28,775 nt of DNA from Minisyncoccota bacterium (GTDB taxonomy: Bacteria; Patescibacteriota; Minisyncoccia; Phycocordibacterales; GCA-2747955), in the NCBI GenBank assembly GCA_938010795.1, contig CALLVB010000079.1:1-28775 (forward strand). The letters run 5' to 3'. Both the position numbers and the translations under genes were made by a program. Below the pieces are notes generated by a model. The model saw only the letters and a list, made by a program, of their open reading frames with translations. It searched no databases and was not told the origin of the DNA. Below are positions 14,686 through 23,827 of this stretch, one piece after another (position 1 is the stretch's first letter; the number at the start of each line of letters is the position of its first letter).

Positions 14686-14719
14686 ATCGCTAAGAGAATC
14701 GTCTCTTGGCGATTTTTTT
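14686..14719 (+). terminator. Intrinsic terminator
   Basis: ATCGCTAAGAGA-ATCG-TCTCTTGGCGAT followed by a T-run. Confidence 0.8.
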
Positions 14720-14770
14720 ATGCAAAAAATATTGTGATAGAATTTATGCATTAACGAATAACTAATTTTT

Positions 14771-15379
14771 ATGACATTTACATTACCGGAACTATCATTT
14801 GCGACAGATGCACTTGAACCATTTATGGATAAAGAGACAGTTGAGATCCATCACGGCAAACACCATGCGGGATACACAACAAAACTTAACGCTGCGCTGG
14901 AAGCAGAAGGATTATCAGAAGTAAACTTGGAGCAAGAAGTGTTTCCTCAAATTTCTAATATGCCACGAGCAATTCAGACAAACGCTGGTCAATTTTGGAA
15001 TCACTCATTTTTCTGGGAGTCACTTGCTCCTATAGGACAAGAGCCATCAGAGATGGTTATGAATGCGCTCACAGCATCGTTTGGAGGATATGATGAATTT
15101 GTAGCAGAATTTACTAAACATGCTTCAACAGTATTTGGATCAGGATGGGCATGGTTATGTAAGAAACAAGACGGATCACTTATGGTAATGAGCACACTGA
15201 ATCACGAGAACCCTCTTATGGAAAACGAAGTCATTGAATATGGGAACCTGACACCACTTTTAGTAATTGATGTATGGGAACATGCGTACTATCTTAAGTA
15301 TCAAAACCGACGTCCTGAATTTATCGCAGCATTCTTGCAGATTGTAAACTGGGAGAAAGTAGCAGAACGAATGGCATAA
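14771..15379 (+). CDS. sodB: Fe/Mn superoxide dismutase
   Basis: HHGKHHAGY, GQFWNHSFFW, FGSGWAWL, DVWEHAYY; the Gln in GQFWNH points to Fe-type, but the metal is uncertain. Confidence 0.9.
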   Translation: MTFTLPELSFATDALEPFMDKETVEIHHGKHHAGYTTKLNAALEAEGLSEVNLEQEVFPQISNMPRAIQTNAGQFWNHSFFWESLAPIGQEPSEMVMNALTASFGGYDEFVAEFTKHASTVFGSGWAWLCKKQDGSLMVMSTLNHENPLMENEVIEYGNLTPLLVIDVWEHAYYLKYQNRRPEFIAAFLQIVNWEKVAERMA

Positions 15380-15382
15380 CAG

Positions 15383-15414
15383 AAAAAGAGCGACTCTCAT
15401 AGAATCGCTCTTTT
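15383..15414. terminator. Intrinsic terminator after sod
   Basis: AAAAGAGCGA...TCGCTCTTTT inverted repeat. Confidence 0.7.
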
Positions 15415-15428
15415 GTTATAATCACCTT

Positions 15429-16442
15429 ATGAAACTTCACATGCTTTGGGCAGTTCTATTTATATTAGTGTTAGGAGCACTTGGTGGTGGTTATTACCTA
15501 TATGCACAAGAGACTAGAGCACTACAAAAGCTCGTTGATGCACAGAATCAAGAATTAGAGGAGGTCAAAGAATCATACGTACAAGAATTACAAAATATAC
15601 AAATAGCACTTACACAGTATCAATTAGGTGCTGAAAATGAAGCTAAAGAGCTAGAGCAGCTTGTCACAAGACAAGAGAATCAGTTTCAATCACAACTGCA
15701 GGATATTGAGAGGAAAAAGGAAATTTCAGAACAGATTCTTACAAGTACCAATAAAGATTTAGCACAAAACATAGAAGAGCTCACAGATAAATTATTTACA
15801 CTTGAAACAAATTCAAAGACTGATATTGTCCAAAAGTGGGATGATATTGCAGTAAGATTGGAATGTAATTATGCAAGTGGTGAGAGGTCATTCGGCTCAG
15901 GAATGTATTTAGGGCCCCAGTCGTCGGTTAATTTAGGTGCAGGAAATGAACACGCAATTTTGACAAATTCTCATGTGCTTGAAGAGAACGATGCGGTACC
16001 GACTTCATGTGTACTTACGTGGAACTCAGGTGAGGAGGTTACTATTAACTTTGATGATGAGGGAGAGATTAGTAGGGCATCATTTTTTGAAGGGTTCGAT
16101 GCGGCATTTATTACACTTGCGAGTAGTGATGTTCCACTACAGACACAAGGAAGCTCTGGTCTCTATGAAACATGTGAAATCTCACCCCAAGTAGGTGATG
16201 AGGTGATTGTTCTTGGGTATCCAAAAATTGGATCAACAAATAGTATTACCGGAACTGAAGGGATTATTTCTGGTTACGATGGAAACTTTTTCATTACCTC
16301 TGCGAAGATTAGTAAAGGTAGCTCAGGTGGAGCCGCAATTTCAATTAAAGGCGATTGTTATTTTGGAATTCCTACTCTTGTAAAGGCAGATGAGGTAGAA
16401 TCATTGGGAAGAATTTTAGACATCACTAATATATTTGAATAA
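15429..16442 (+). CDS. Membrane-anchored trypsin-like serine protease with coiled-coil stalk
   Basis: N-terminal TM helix, Q/E/L-rich coiled coil, catalytic triad LTNSHV / FDAAF / GSSGG, VLGYP. Confidence 0.85.
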   Translation: MKLHMLWAVLFILVLGALGGGYYLYAQETRALQKLVDAQNQELEEVKESYVQELQNIQIALTQYQLGAENEAKELEQLVTRQENQFQSQLQDIERKKEISEQILTSTNKDLAQNIEELTDKLFTLETNSKTDIVQKWDDIAVRLECNYASGERSFGSGMYLGPQSSVNLGAGNEHAILTNSHVLEENDAVPTSCVLTWNSGEEVTINFDDEGEISRASFFEGFDAAFITLASSDVPLQTQGSSGLYETCEISPQVGDEVIVLGYPKIGSTNSITGTEGIISGYDGNFFITSAKISKGSSGGAAISIKGDCYFGIPTLVKADEVESLGRILDITNIFE

Positions 16443-16444
16443 TT

Positions 16445-19306
16445 ATGGAGACCAAAAAAACGTATCATGGATTTAAACTCTTAAAAAAGGAGAAAGTCTT
16501 ATCTATAGGATCCGAAGTATTTCTCTTTCGACACAATAAGACGGGGGCAGAATTATTATATGTAAAAAACAAAGACCCTGAACGGTTGTATGTTGCTGGG
16601 TTCCGAACGCCAGCTGATGATGATACGGGGAAAAGTCATATTTTTGAACACGCAACTATGATGAGTTCAGAAAAGTATCCAGTTCGAGATGCATTTATCG
16701 GTATGTACCGAGGTGCCCATACCTCATTTCTTAATGCAATGACATTTCCAGACAAGACAGTATATCCAGTAGGGAGTACCAATAAGCAGGAATTTAGAAA
16801 GCTGGTTGATGTTTATACAGATCTTGCATTTAGACCACAAATCCACAACAACAAAAATATCTTTTTACAAGAAGGTGTGCGATTTGAGTTAGATGAGAAA
16901 GACACATTATCACTCAATGGTGTAGTTTTTAATGAAATGAAAGGAGCCTTATCGTCTCCAGATCGTCAGCTCGAGGAGCAAGCCATGAATGTTCTATTTC
17001 CAGATAATACATACCAGTATTGTTCAGGTGGACTACCAGAAAAGATTCCAACCCTTACATATAAAAAGTTAGTTGCATATCATAAAAAATGTTACCACCC
17101 ATCAAACGCACACTTCTTTTTCTATGGAGATATCACTATTTCCACATACCTACGATATCTTGATGATGAGTATCTCTCACAATACACTAAGCAACCAAAG
17201 CTAGTAATTAAAAAACAACGTACACGTAGGTTACAAGACGTGACTGATAAGTACACATCTGCCTCAGAACATGAACAATATAGTTTTGGGTTTAAGCTCG
17301 ATAGTAATACAAGTGAGTTGAATAGACTGGCAACGGAGATTTTATTTGAACTACTTATGGGAGACACACATGCTCCGCTTAAAAAGGTTTTGATTGATTC
17401 TGGAATAGCACAGGATTATGACCATTTATACGAAGATGAGATACAAGACTTATTTGCTATGGTTTTTGCAAAGAACGCAAAAAAGGGGAGTGGTAAAAAA
17501 TTTAAAAAGATTATTATTGATGAATTAACTAGGTTAGTCACAGAAGGTATTCCAGAAGAACTAGTATCAAAGACACTTACTAAGTACGAGCTTCTATTGA
17601 AATCAATAGAGGATAGTACTGGTAAGGGGTTGCATATGTATCGTGCTGCTGAAACGGCATGGTTGTATGGAGGTGATCCTATCAAGCGCCTACAAGAAAC
17701 AGAATTATTTTATAACAAGAAATCTTCATTTACACCAAAGTTCCTTGAAAAGTTAATCAATAGATTGCTGCTTAACAATCAACATTCTTGTTTGTATACA
17801 CTAACTCCCACAAAGAAAGATTTACAAAAAGACGCGCTGGATACATTGTTAGCGGAAGAAACTAAGAAGCTTACACCTGCAAAGAAAAAAGCCCTAAGAA
17901 AAGAATCTCAAGAATTCAAAGCATGGCAGAATGACAAAACGCTTCCTGAGTTTAATGAGTTCTTTCCTACACTTCCTCTCAAACAAATTGAAGATGAGGA
18001 TGTATACGCAATGGAGCCAGAAATTCAACGGTCTGTTGGTGTTACGTACTTATGGAATAAAGCACCAAAGCAAGCACTTGAGTACATAAGTATCCGTTTT
18101 GATATTTCACATATCTCATACAAAGATATGCCGTATGTTGAGTTGGTGGTGAGGACACTTAAAGAATCTGCGACTAAAGAATTTAGTGCAGTAGATGTTG
18201 TCTCTACATTAACTAGTGACACATTAGGATTTGGATTTTCGATTGATGGATTTGATACCAAAAAATCTGAACCAAGAGTTCATCTACAAATGAGTTATAA
18301 ATCTCTTCCGCACAAAAGGGAACATGTACTACGATTAATAAGATCTATGCTTCAAGAATCTATACTGGATAGAGATAAAGTCACAGAGCTGTTTACAAGA
18401 GAGATTGCACGTATGGAGAGTGCAATGGTGGATATTGAGGCTCGAACCGTTCTTCAGATGCATACATTTGCTAAATTGTATGCACATGGAACATATGAAG
18501 AATATGCAGGAGGTATTTCATATTTAGAGTCACTCAGAGCCATGTATGTGCTATTTAAAAAGAACCCTGAAAAAGAATTGAAGAAGATGAATAAAATTTA
18601 TAATCAATTATTTGTTACCAAAGGTGCGTACGTAGCAGGGCTTACTCATAAAAATGACTTAGTCCACATGATGCAAGAGTTACAGATTAGTAAGAAAACA
18701 TACCCAGCAAAGAAGGTGAGAGCACTTTCTAAAAAAGACGAGTTGTTTCTGTCTGAATCAATGAGTAATTACAATTCACTGGGTATACAGACTAAGAATC
18801 AATCACCAAAAGAGAAAGCCGCACGATCATTATTAGGAGCTGTGTTAAATCCTAACTATTTATGGAAACAGTTGCGTGATAAGGGAGGAGCATACGGAGG
18901 GGCGCTAATGCCATCTTCATATGACGATCTAATCCTGCTCTCTTGGAGAGATCCACGGATTGCTGGAACGTACGATGATTACCATTCAGTACTAGAATAT
19001 ATTTCAGACACTGAAATCTCCAACAAAGATGTACATCAAGCAAAGATATCTCTCTTCTCTAAATTAGATGCACCACTGACAAAACAACAGCAATTAGAGC
19101 GGGCAGTCTCAAGAGTAATTACTGGTAGAACAAATAAGTCTGCTCAAAATAAGCGGAGGTATATTAAAACAATGAGTACCCAAGTATTTAAGAGGTCAGC
19201 CCAAAAATTAGTAACTAATATTGAAAGAGGGGTAAAGACTACCATCGGAAGAAAAGATACTAGTGTAAAGATAAGAAAAGGGTTTGATGAGGTAAAAAAG
19301 ATATAA
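16445..19306 (+). CDS. M16C insulinase-family metallopeptidase (presequence protease-like)
   Basis: Inverted Zn motif HIFEH, FLNAMTFPDKTVYP, GVVFNEMKG, SGGLP..IP.L, YHPSNA, LRDKGGAYGG; 953 aa. Confidence 0.92.
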   Translation: METKKTYHGFKLLKKEKVLSIGSEVFLFRHNKTGAELLYVKNKDPERLYVAGFRTPADDDTGKSHIFEHATMMSSEKYPVRDAFIGMYRGAHTSFLNAMTFPDKTVYPVGSTNKQEFRKLVDVYTDLAFRPQIHNNKNIFLQEGVRFELDEKDTLSLNGVVFNEMKGALSSPDRQLEEQAMNVLFPDNTYQYCSGGLPEKIPTLTYKKLVAYHKKCYHPSNAHFFFYGDITISTYLRYLDDEYLSQYTKQPKLVIKKQRTRRLQDVTDKYTSASEHEQYSFGFKLDSNTSELNRLATEILFELLMGDTHAPLKKVLIDSGIAQDYDHLYEDEIQDLFAMVFAKNAKKGSGKKFKKIIIDELTRLVTEGIPEELVSKTLTKYELLLKSIEDSTGKGLHMYRAAETAWLYGGDPIKRLQETELFYNKKSSFTPKFLEKLINRLLLNNQHSCLYTLTPTKKDLQKDALDTLLAEETKKLTPAKKKALRKESQEFKAWQNDKTLPEFNEFFPTLPLKQIEDEDVYAMEPEIQRSVGVTYLWNKAPKQALEYISIRFDISHISYKDMPYVELVVRTLKESATKEFSAVDVVSTLTSDTLGFGFSIDGFDTKKSEPRVHLQMSYKSLPHKREHVLRLIRSMLQESILDRDKVTELFTREIARMESAMVDIEARTVLQMHTFAKLYAHGTYEEYAGGISYLESLRAMYVLFKKNPEKELKKMNKIYNQLFVTKGAYVAGLTHKNDLVHMMQELQISKKTYPAKKVRALSKKDELFLSESMSNYNSLGIQTKNQSPKEKAARSLLGAVLNPNYLWKQLRDKGGAYGGALMPSSYDDLILLSWRDPRIAGTYDDYHSVLEYISDTEISNKDVHQAKISLFSKLDAPLTKQQQLERAVSRVITGRTNKSAQNKRRYIKTMSTQVFKRSAQKLVTNIERGVKTTIGRKDTSVKIRKGFDEVKKI

Positions 19307-19311
19307 TGAAT

Positions 19312-19331
19312 AAAGCGGCCGAAGGGCCGCT
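19312..19331. terminator. Terminator hairpin between convergent genes
   Basis: AAGCGGCC-GAAG-GGCCGCTT. Confidence 0.7.
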
Positions 19332-19335
19332 TGTT

Positions 19336-19521
19336 CTATTCACAATCACCACAAACGAGATCTACCTCACTATAATTTTTATTTATGAGTGCATCTTCTG
19401 GTCCGGTGGCTATCCACGGCTTTTTTGCTTCAGATGTAAGTTTGTTACATTTGGAACAAGAATTGTCTTTGTAGATTTTTTGAAATGTTTTTAGGGATTC
19501 TTCGGGAGTAGGTGCTGTCAT
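19336..19521 (-). CDS. 61-aa putative zinc-binding protein (CxxC...CxxC)
   Basis: CSKC and CGDC; SD AAAGGA 7 nt upstream; TTTACA-16-TATTAT promoter; hairpin downstream. Confidence 0.65.
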   Translation of the reverse strand: MTAPTPEESLKTFQKIYKDNSCSKCNKLTSEAKKPWIATGPEDALINKNYSEVDLVCGDCE

Positions 19522-19635
19522 CAGATAATCCTTTGTTTGTATATTGAGATGGGGAAGCGAGGTGCTCTAAGTATTAATAATACAACTTTAAATCTTTTTG
19601 TAAATTAACATGAAGAAGATAATCAGTAATAAATA

Positions 19636-19660
19636 AAGACACCACTCATCAAGTGGTGTC
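19636..19660 (-). terminator. Intrinsic terminator containing the stop codon of the upstream small ORF
   Basis: AGACACCACT-5 nt-AGTGGTGTCT; T-rich tail on the minus strand. Confidence 0.7.
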
Positions 19661-19852
19661 TGGTTCTGCTTTGCGTTCCTCTTGCAGACATAGTCTGCAT
19701 TTTCTACGCCTATCGATCGGCTCTTCTTCATGTCCGGATTTTGTACATTTGGGTACATGACTGAAATGGTGAGGGATGCCTGTGAGAGATGTCTTTGTGA
19801 TTGGTTTTGTGTTCACTGCTCGTGTAGGTATGGTTCCTCTGACTCTTATCAT
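19649..19852 (-). CDS. 67-aa basic protein with putative C-x4-H...CxxC zinc site
   Basis: Start moved to ATG 19852 behind SD AAGGA; CTKSGH..RRRKCRLC; stop inside the terminator loop. Confidence 0.55.
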   Translation of the reverse strand: MIRVRGTIPTRAVNTKPITKTSLTGIPHHFSHVPKCTKSGHEEEPIDRRRKCRLCLQEERKAEPDTT

Positions 19853-19964
19853 GTTTAGATTCCTTGTGTTGCCTGATGTTACTGTACCACGGGTTCTTTG
19901 TGGGGAAAAGAAGGCGTCAATAATCATGATTCAGAAAAAGGTTGCGTGATATAATGTCCGGACT

Positions 19965-22682
19965 ATGTCAAAGACGAGCAAAAAAGACGAACCATTTGTT
20001 GCACCAGACGAAATTATCGTTAAAGGGGCTAGGACTCACAATCTAAAAAACATCACAGTATCAATGCCACGAAATAAGATGGTTGTTATCACAGGGCTTT
20101 CTGGGTCAGGGAAGTCGTCTCTGGCTTTTGATACTATCTTTGCTGAGGGGCAACGACGGTATGTAGAATCACTCTCAGCGTATGCTCGTCAATTTTTAAA
20201 CCAAATGCAAAAACCAGATGTTGATGAAATTATTGGTCTTTCACCAGCTATTTCAATTGATCAAAAATCTAGATCAAATAATCCACGTTCAACAGTGGCA
20301 ACCATTACTGAAATTTATGATTACCTGCGTGTATTGTTTGCCAGAATTGGTAAGCCTCATTGTCTAGAGTGTGGGCGTGAAATTTCAAAATTATCTACTG
20401 ATGAGATTTTTGCTTTCATTGTGAAGAAAGTAAAAGCTGCAAAAAAAGAACTTGAAAAAGCTGGAACAGGCAAGAAGGTGATGGGTATTGATATTGAGAA
20501 TTCACGAGTTCAATTATTTGCTCCAGTGGTCCGAGAAAGAAAGGGAGAATATTATCAATTACTCTATGATCTACTTGGTAAGGGATACGCACACGTTCGA
20601 GTCGACGGGACAGTACATTCTCTGCGAGATAAGATTTCACTTGCTAAGACAAAAAAACACACTATTGAGGTATTAGTAGATGAAATTTACTTCTCAGAGG
20701 TCTTGGCTGGAGGAGCGGATTTTAAAATGCGTCTTTCTGAGGCAATTGAAAAAACACTTGATGAATCAGAGGGTTTGATTCAGGGAGTATTTGCTTTTGA
20801 TGATGAAAAAGGAATTCCTGAAGATTTTGATAGAGAGTTTCTGCTTTCTTCAAAGTTTGCGTGTCCCTTTGATGGTTTCTCGTTTCCAGAATTGGAGCCG
20901 AGATTATTCTCGTTCAACTCTCCTGCGGGAGCTTGTCCTACCTGTAATGGTCTAGGGTCACGATTCTTTTACGGTAAAGAACCTTGTTTAACTTGTAATG
21001 GTGCACGTCTTGCACCAGAAGGATTATCAGTTTTTGTGGGAACGGGCGAATCAGAATCAAGTCCTATTAAAGACCTGAAGCACTATAAGCCAGCGGGAGT
21101 GAATATTGTTGATATCACAGCAATGTCTATTAAGGACGCAGAAGTATTTTTTGAAAACCTTACACTTTCAAAAAAAGAACAAGAGATCTCTGGGGTGGTC
21201 TTGCGAGAAATTACTGAGAGAATTAAGTTTATGAATAACGTAGGTATCGAGTACTTAACACTCAATAGGCGTGCTAATACATTATCAGGAGGGGAGGCAC
21301 AGCGAATCCGGTTAGCTTCTCAGCTAGGGTCAGGGCTTGTGGGTGCGCTATATGTTCTAGATGAACCTACTATTGGACTTCATCAGCGTGATAATGATAG
21401 GCTCATTGAAACACTTATTAAATTGCGAGATGGAGGAAACACCGTAGTAGTTGTGGAACATGATGAAGATGTGATTTATGCTGCTGATTATTTAGTTGAT
21501 ATTGGACCAGGAGCTGGAGTGCATGGAGGAGAGGTGATTGTCGCAGATGATCTTGAGAAATTACTCTCAGCACCTAAAAATGATTCTGGTTCCAGAACTC
21601 TTGGGTATTTGCGGGAAGAGCTTAGAATTCCCGTACCAGAAACGAGACGAAATCGTGATAAGGGTTGGATCAAGATTAGGGGTGCGACAGTAAACAACCT
21701 TGTTAATCTAAATGCTGATATTCCGTTAGGGAAATTAGTATGTATTACAGGAGTCTCAGGTTCTGGTAAGTCATCATTTATGCATGAGGTTTTATATACG
21801 AACTTACAGGCTCGGTTTGACAGGAAGCATAGATCAGGAGAAGTTAAAAATGCTGCGAAAGTAATGGGGCTAGAATATTTAGATAGGGCAATTCTTATTG
21901 ATCAATCACCTATTGGGAGAACACCTCGTTCAAACCCGGCTACTTATACCGGTGCATTTACGCATATTCGAGATATGTTCGCTGAGACCACAGAAGCGAA
22001 AGTACGAGGATACAAACCAGGACGATTTTCATTTAACGTCAAAGGTGGTCGATGTGAAGCATGCCAAGGTAAGGGGCAAGTTGCTGTTGAAATGCATTTC
22101 TTACCAACAGTATATGTTGGGTGTGATGTATGTTTTGGAAAACGGTTTAATAAAGAAACTCTACAAGTTACGTTTAAGGGTAAAAATATCAACGAAGTAC
22201 TTGAAATGGATATCGAGAGCGCTACAACATTCTTTGCTGATATTCCAGCTATTTATGACAGGCTCAAGTCTTTGGAAGATGTAGGCCTTGGATATTTAAA
22301 ATTAGGACAGCCAGCAAACACGTTGTCTGGAGGAGAGTCTCAGAGAGTAAAAATTGCTTCAGAGTTATACAGGCCATTTACACACAAATCTATTTACCTG
22401 CTCGATGAACCAACAGTAGGACTACATTACGACGATGTTAAAAAACTCAACCAGATTCTTTTACATTTAGTTGAGCGAGGGAATACCGTGGTTGTAATTG
22501 AGCACAATCTTGATCTCATTAAGATTGCTGACTACCTATTAGATTTTGGACCAACAGGAGGAATTGAAGGAGGGAAGATTATGTCAAAAGGAACACCAGA
22601 AGAAGTAGCCGTAGACGACAAGTCGATCACTGGTTCATATTTAGCTCCCTATCTGAAAAAGAAGAAAGGTAGAAAAAAATAA
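19965..22682 (+). CDS. uvrA: Excinuclease ABC subunit A (lacking the insertion domain)
   Basis: Two ABC modules ([21 protein letters not shown]; [21 protein letters not shown]), zinc modules, [12 protein letters not shown]. Confidence 0.98.
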   Translation: MSKTSKKDEPFVAPDEIIVKGARTHNLKNITVSMPRNKMVVITGLSGSGKSSLAFDTIFAEGQRRYVESLSAYARQFLNQMQKPDVDEIIGLSPAISIDQKSRSNNPRSTVATITEIYDYLRVLFARIGKPHCLECGREISKLSTDEIFAFIVKKVKAAKKELEKAGTGKKVMGIDIENSRVQLFAPVVRERKGEYYQLLYDLLGKGYAHVRVDGTVHSLRDKISLAKTKKHTIEVLVDEIYFSEVLAGGADFKMRLSEAIEKTLDESEGLIQGVFAFDDEKGIPEDFDREFLLSSKFACPFDGFSFPELEPRLFSFNSPAGACPTCNGLGSRFFYGKEPCLTCNGARLAPEGLSVFVGTGESESSPIKDLKHYKPAGVNIVDITAMSIKDAEVFFENLTLSKKEQEISGVVLREITERIKFMNNVGIEYLTLNRRANTLSGGEAQRIRLASQLGSGLVGALYVLDEPTIGLHQRDNDRLIETLIKLRDGGNTVVVVEHDEDVIYAADYLVDIGPGAGVHGGEVIVADDLEKLLSAPKNDSGSRTLGYLREELRIPVPETRRNRDKGWIKIRGATVNNLVNLNADIPLGKLVCITGVSGSGKSSFMHEVLYTNLQARFDRKHRSGEVKNAAKVMGLEYLDRAILIDQSPIGRTPRSNPATYTGAFTHIRDMFAETTEAKVRGYKPGRFSFNVKGGRCEACQGKGQVAVEMHFLPTVYVGCDVCFGKRFNKETLQVTFKGKNINEVLEMDIESATTFFADIPAIYDRLKSLEDVGLGYLKLGQPANTLSGGESQRVKIASELYRPFTHKSIYLLDEPTVGLHYDDVKKLNQILLHLVERGNTVVVIEHNLDLIKIADYLLDFGPTGGIEGGKIMSKGTPEEVAVDDKSITGSYLAPYLKKKKGRKK

Positions 22683-22689
22683 GATAATA

Positions 22690-22717
22690 AAAACGGCGCC
22701 GAGAAGGGCGCCGTTTT
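22690..22717. terminator. Bidirectional intrinsic terminator
   Basis: AAAACGGCGCC-GAGAAG-GGCGCCGTTTT. Confidence 0.85.
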
Positions 22718-22735
22718 AGAGAGTAACACGTTATC

Positions 22736-23680
22736 TTAAGCTGTCTTACTTGTCTCACCAAACGAATTAGTACGAGGAACAATAGAGAGAGCAACTCGAG
22801 GTTTCTCTGTCTGTTGGTCATCGTTTGTGAGGTTAAGAAGAGGTTTTGATTTACTGACTTTAACCGTTACCTGTTCAGTATTGTTTTGCTCGAGGCGGTT
22901 TTGTTCATGATATGCCTCGATCTTTGCACCACTTTTCTTGAGCATGACGTGCCGATCAGCTTTTCTAAGCGTACGCTTACAAGCAATTGAATCTGCAAAC
23001 CCGAATGAGCCAAGGACACGCTGTCTTTGAGGGTTAGATAATTCACCAGAACGTAAGAGTTTTGCTCCCACATATGTTTTGATATCACCAAACCCGGCAG
23101 CATGTGCCACATCAAGAACCCAGAAACATTCATCTAGAGATGCATGTTTCGCTATTTGAGCCAAAGCAGCGCGTTGCTGCAATCTACAATCAGTCGACAT
23201 AAAGATAGTCCGACGATCATTTTGGGTTTTTACACCCATCAGTGCAGTCTTTGGAACTGCAGAGCCACCTAAGGAAGTAATGAAATCTTCATATGTGACA
23301 AATCGACTCGTATTAGGACCCATCGACAAGTTGTGCATAAGAACCGATTCTTCAGGTATATCTTTTGAGCTAAGCTTAAAGGTTTTTTCAGATTCTTCAA
23401 GAAAAGAGGGGACACCTGTTGATGGTTGACGTTTTGAGACGCCATGTAGCCATTCTTTCGCATCATCCTCATCAGCTTTTTTTTGTGCTGTGCGCACTTT
23501 GAGATGCTCGGAAATACGAGCACGTGTCCGCAGAACTTTTATGTACTCCAAAGGAGCACTAAAGAACGAAGGAAGTGGATGTTCACGATCTGCAAGTTTA
23601 GCAAACGCTTGTTGTGTATAGTAGCCCTTTGCTGCGTATTCGTGATTAATTCCAGTAATAGTAAGCATGAAATAAGCCAT
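22736..23680 (-). CDS. Hypothetical orphan protein, 314 aa
   Basis: Long ORF with own promoter (TTGACG-16-TAAAAT), SD GGAG and terminator; no recognisable family motif. Confidence 0.75.
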   Translation of the reverse strand: MAYFMLTITGINHEYAAKGYYTQQAFAKLADREHPLPSFFSAPLEYIKVLRTRARISEHLKVRTAQKKADEDDAKEWLHGVSKRQPSTGVPSFLEESEKTFKLSSKDIPEESVLMHNLSMGPNTSRFVTYEDFITSLGGSAVPKTALMGVKTQNDRRTIFMSTDCRLQQRAALAQIAKHASLDECFWVLDVAHAAGFGDIKTYVGAKLLRSGELSNPQRQRVLGSFGFADSIACKRTLRKADRHVMLKKSGAKIEAYHEQNRLEQNNTEQVTVKVSKSKPLLNLTNDDQQTEKPRVALSIVPRTNSFGETSKTA

Positions 23681-23725
23681 ACTCTCTCTCCATAGTTGTT
23701 AAATGAGCAGTTGTTGCTAGCCGGA

Positions 23726-23753
23726 ATTTTAACATTTTATTTTATAACGTCAA
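23726..23753 (-). promoter_or_regulatory. Sigma70-type promoter of the 314-aa orphan
   Basis: Minus strand TTGACG (23753-23748), 16 nt, TAAAAT (23731-23726) with extended TG. Confidence 0.65.
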
Positions 23754-23775
23754 GATTTTTTATGATGTATTAATT

Positions 23776-23803
23776 AAAACAAAAGGCGTACGCCTTTTGT
23801 TTT
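23776..23803. repeat. Perfect 28-bp palindrome, probably acting as terminator of the 23828-24493 gene
   Basis: AAAACAAAAGGCGTACGCCTTTTGTTTT is its own reverse complement. Confidence 0.75.
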
Positions 23804-23827
23804 TAATTATTCATTAATAAATAATGA

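Noticed and set aside
14751-14765. TTAA-N7-CTAA upstream of sod as a CtrA site
   Set aside because: One mismatch in an AT-rich spacer; expected by chance.
19900-19964. LexA/SOS box upstream of uvrA
   Set aside because: No match to the CTGT-N8-ACAG, GAAC-N4-GTTC or GTTC-N7-GTTC patterns was seen.
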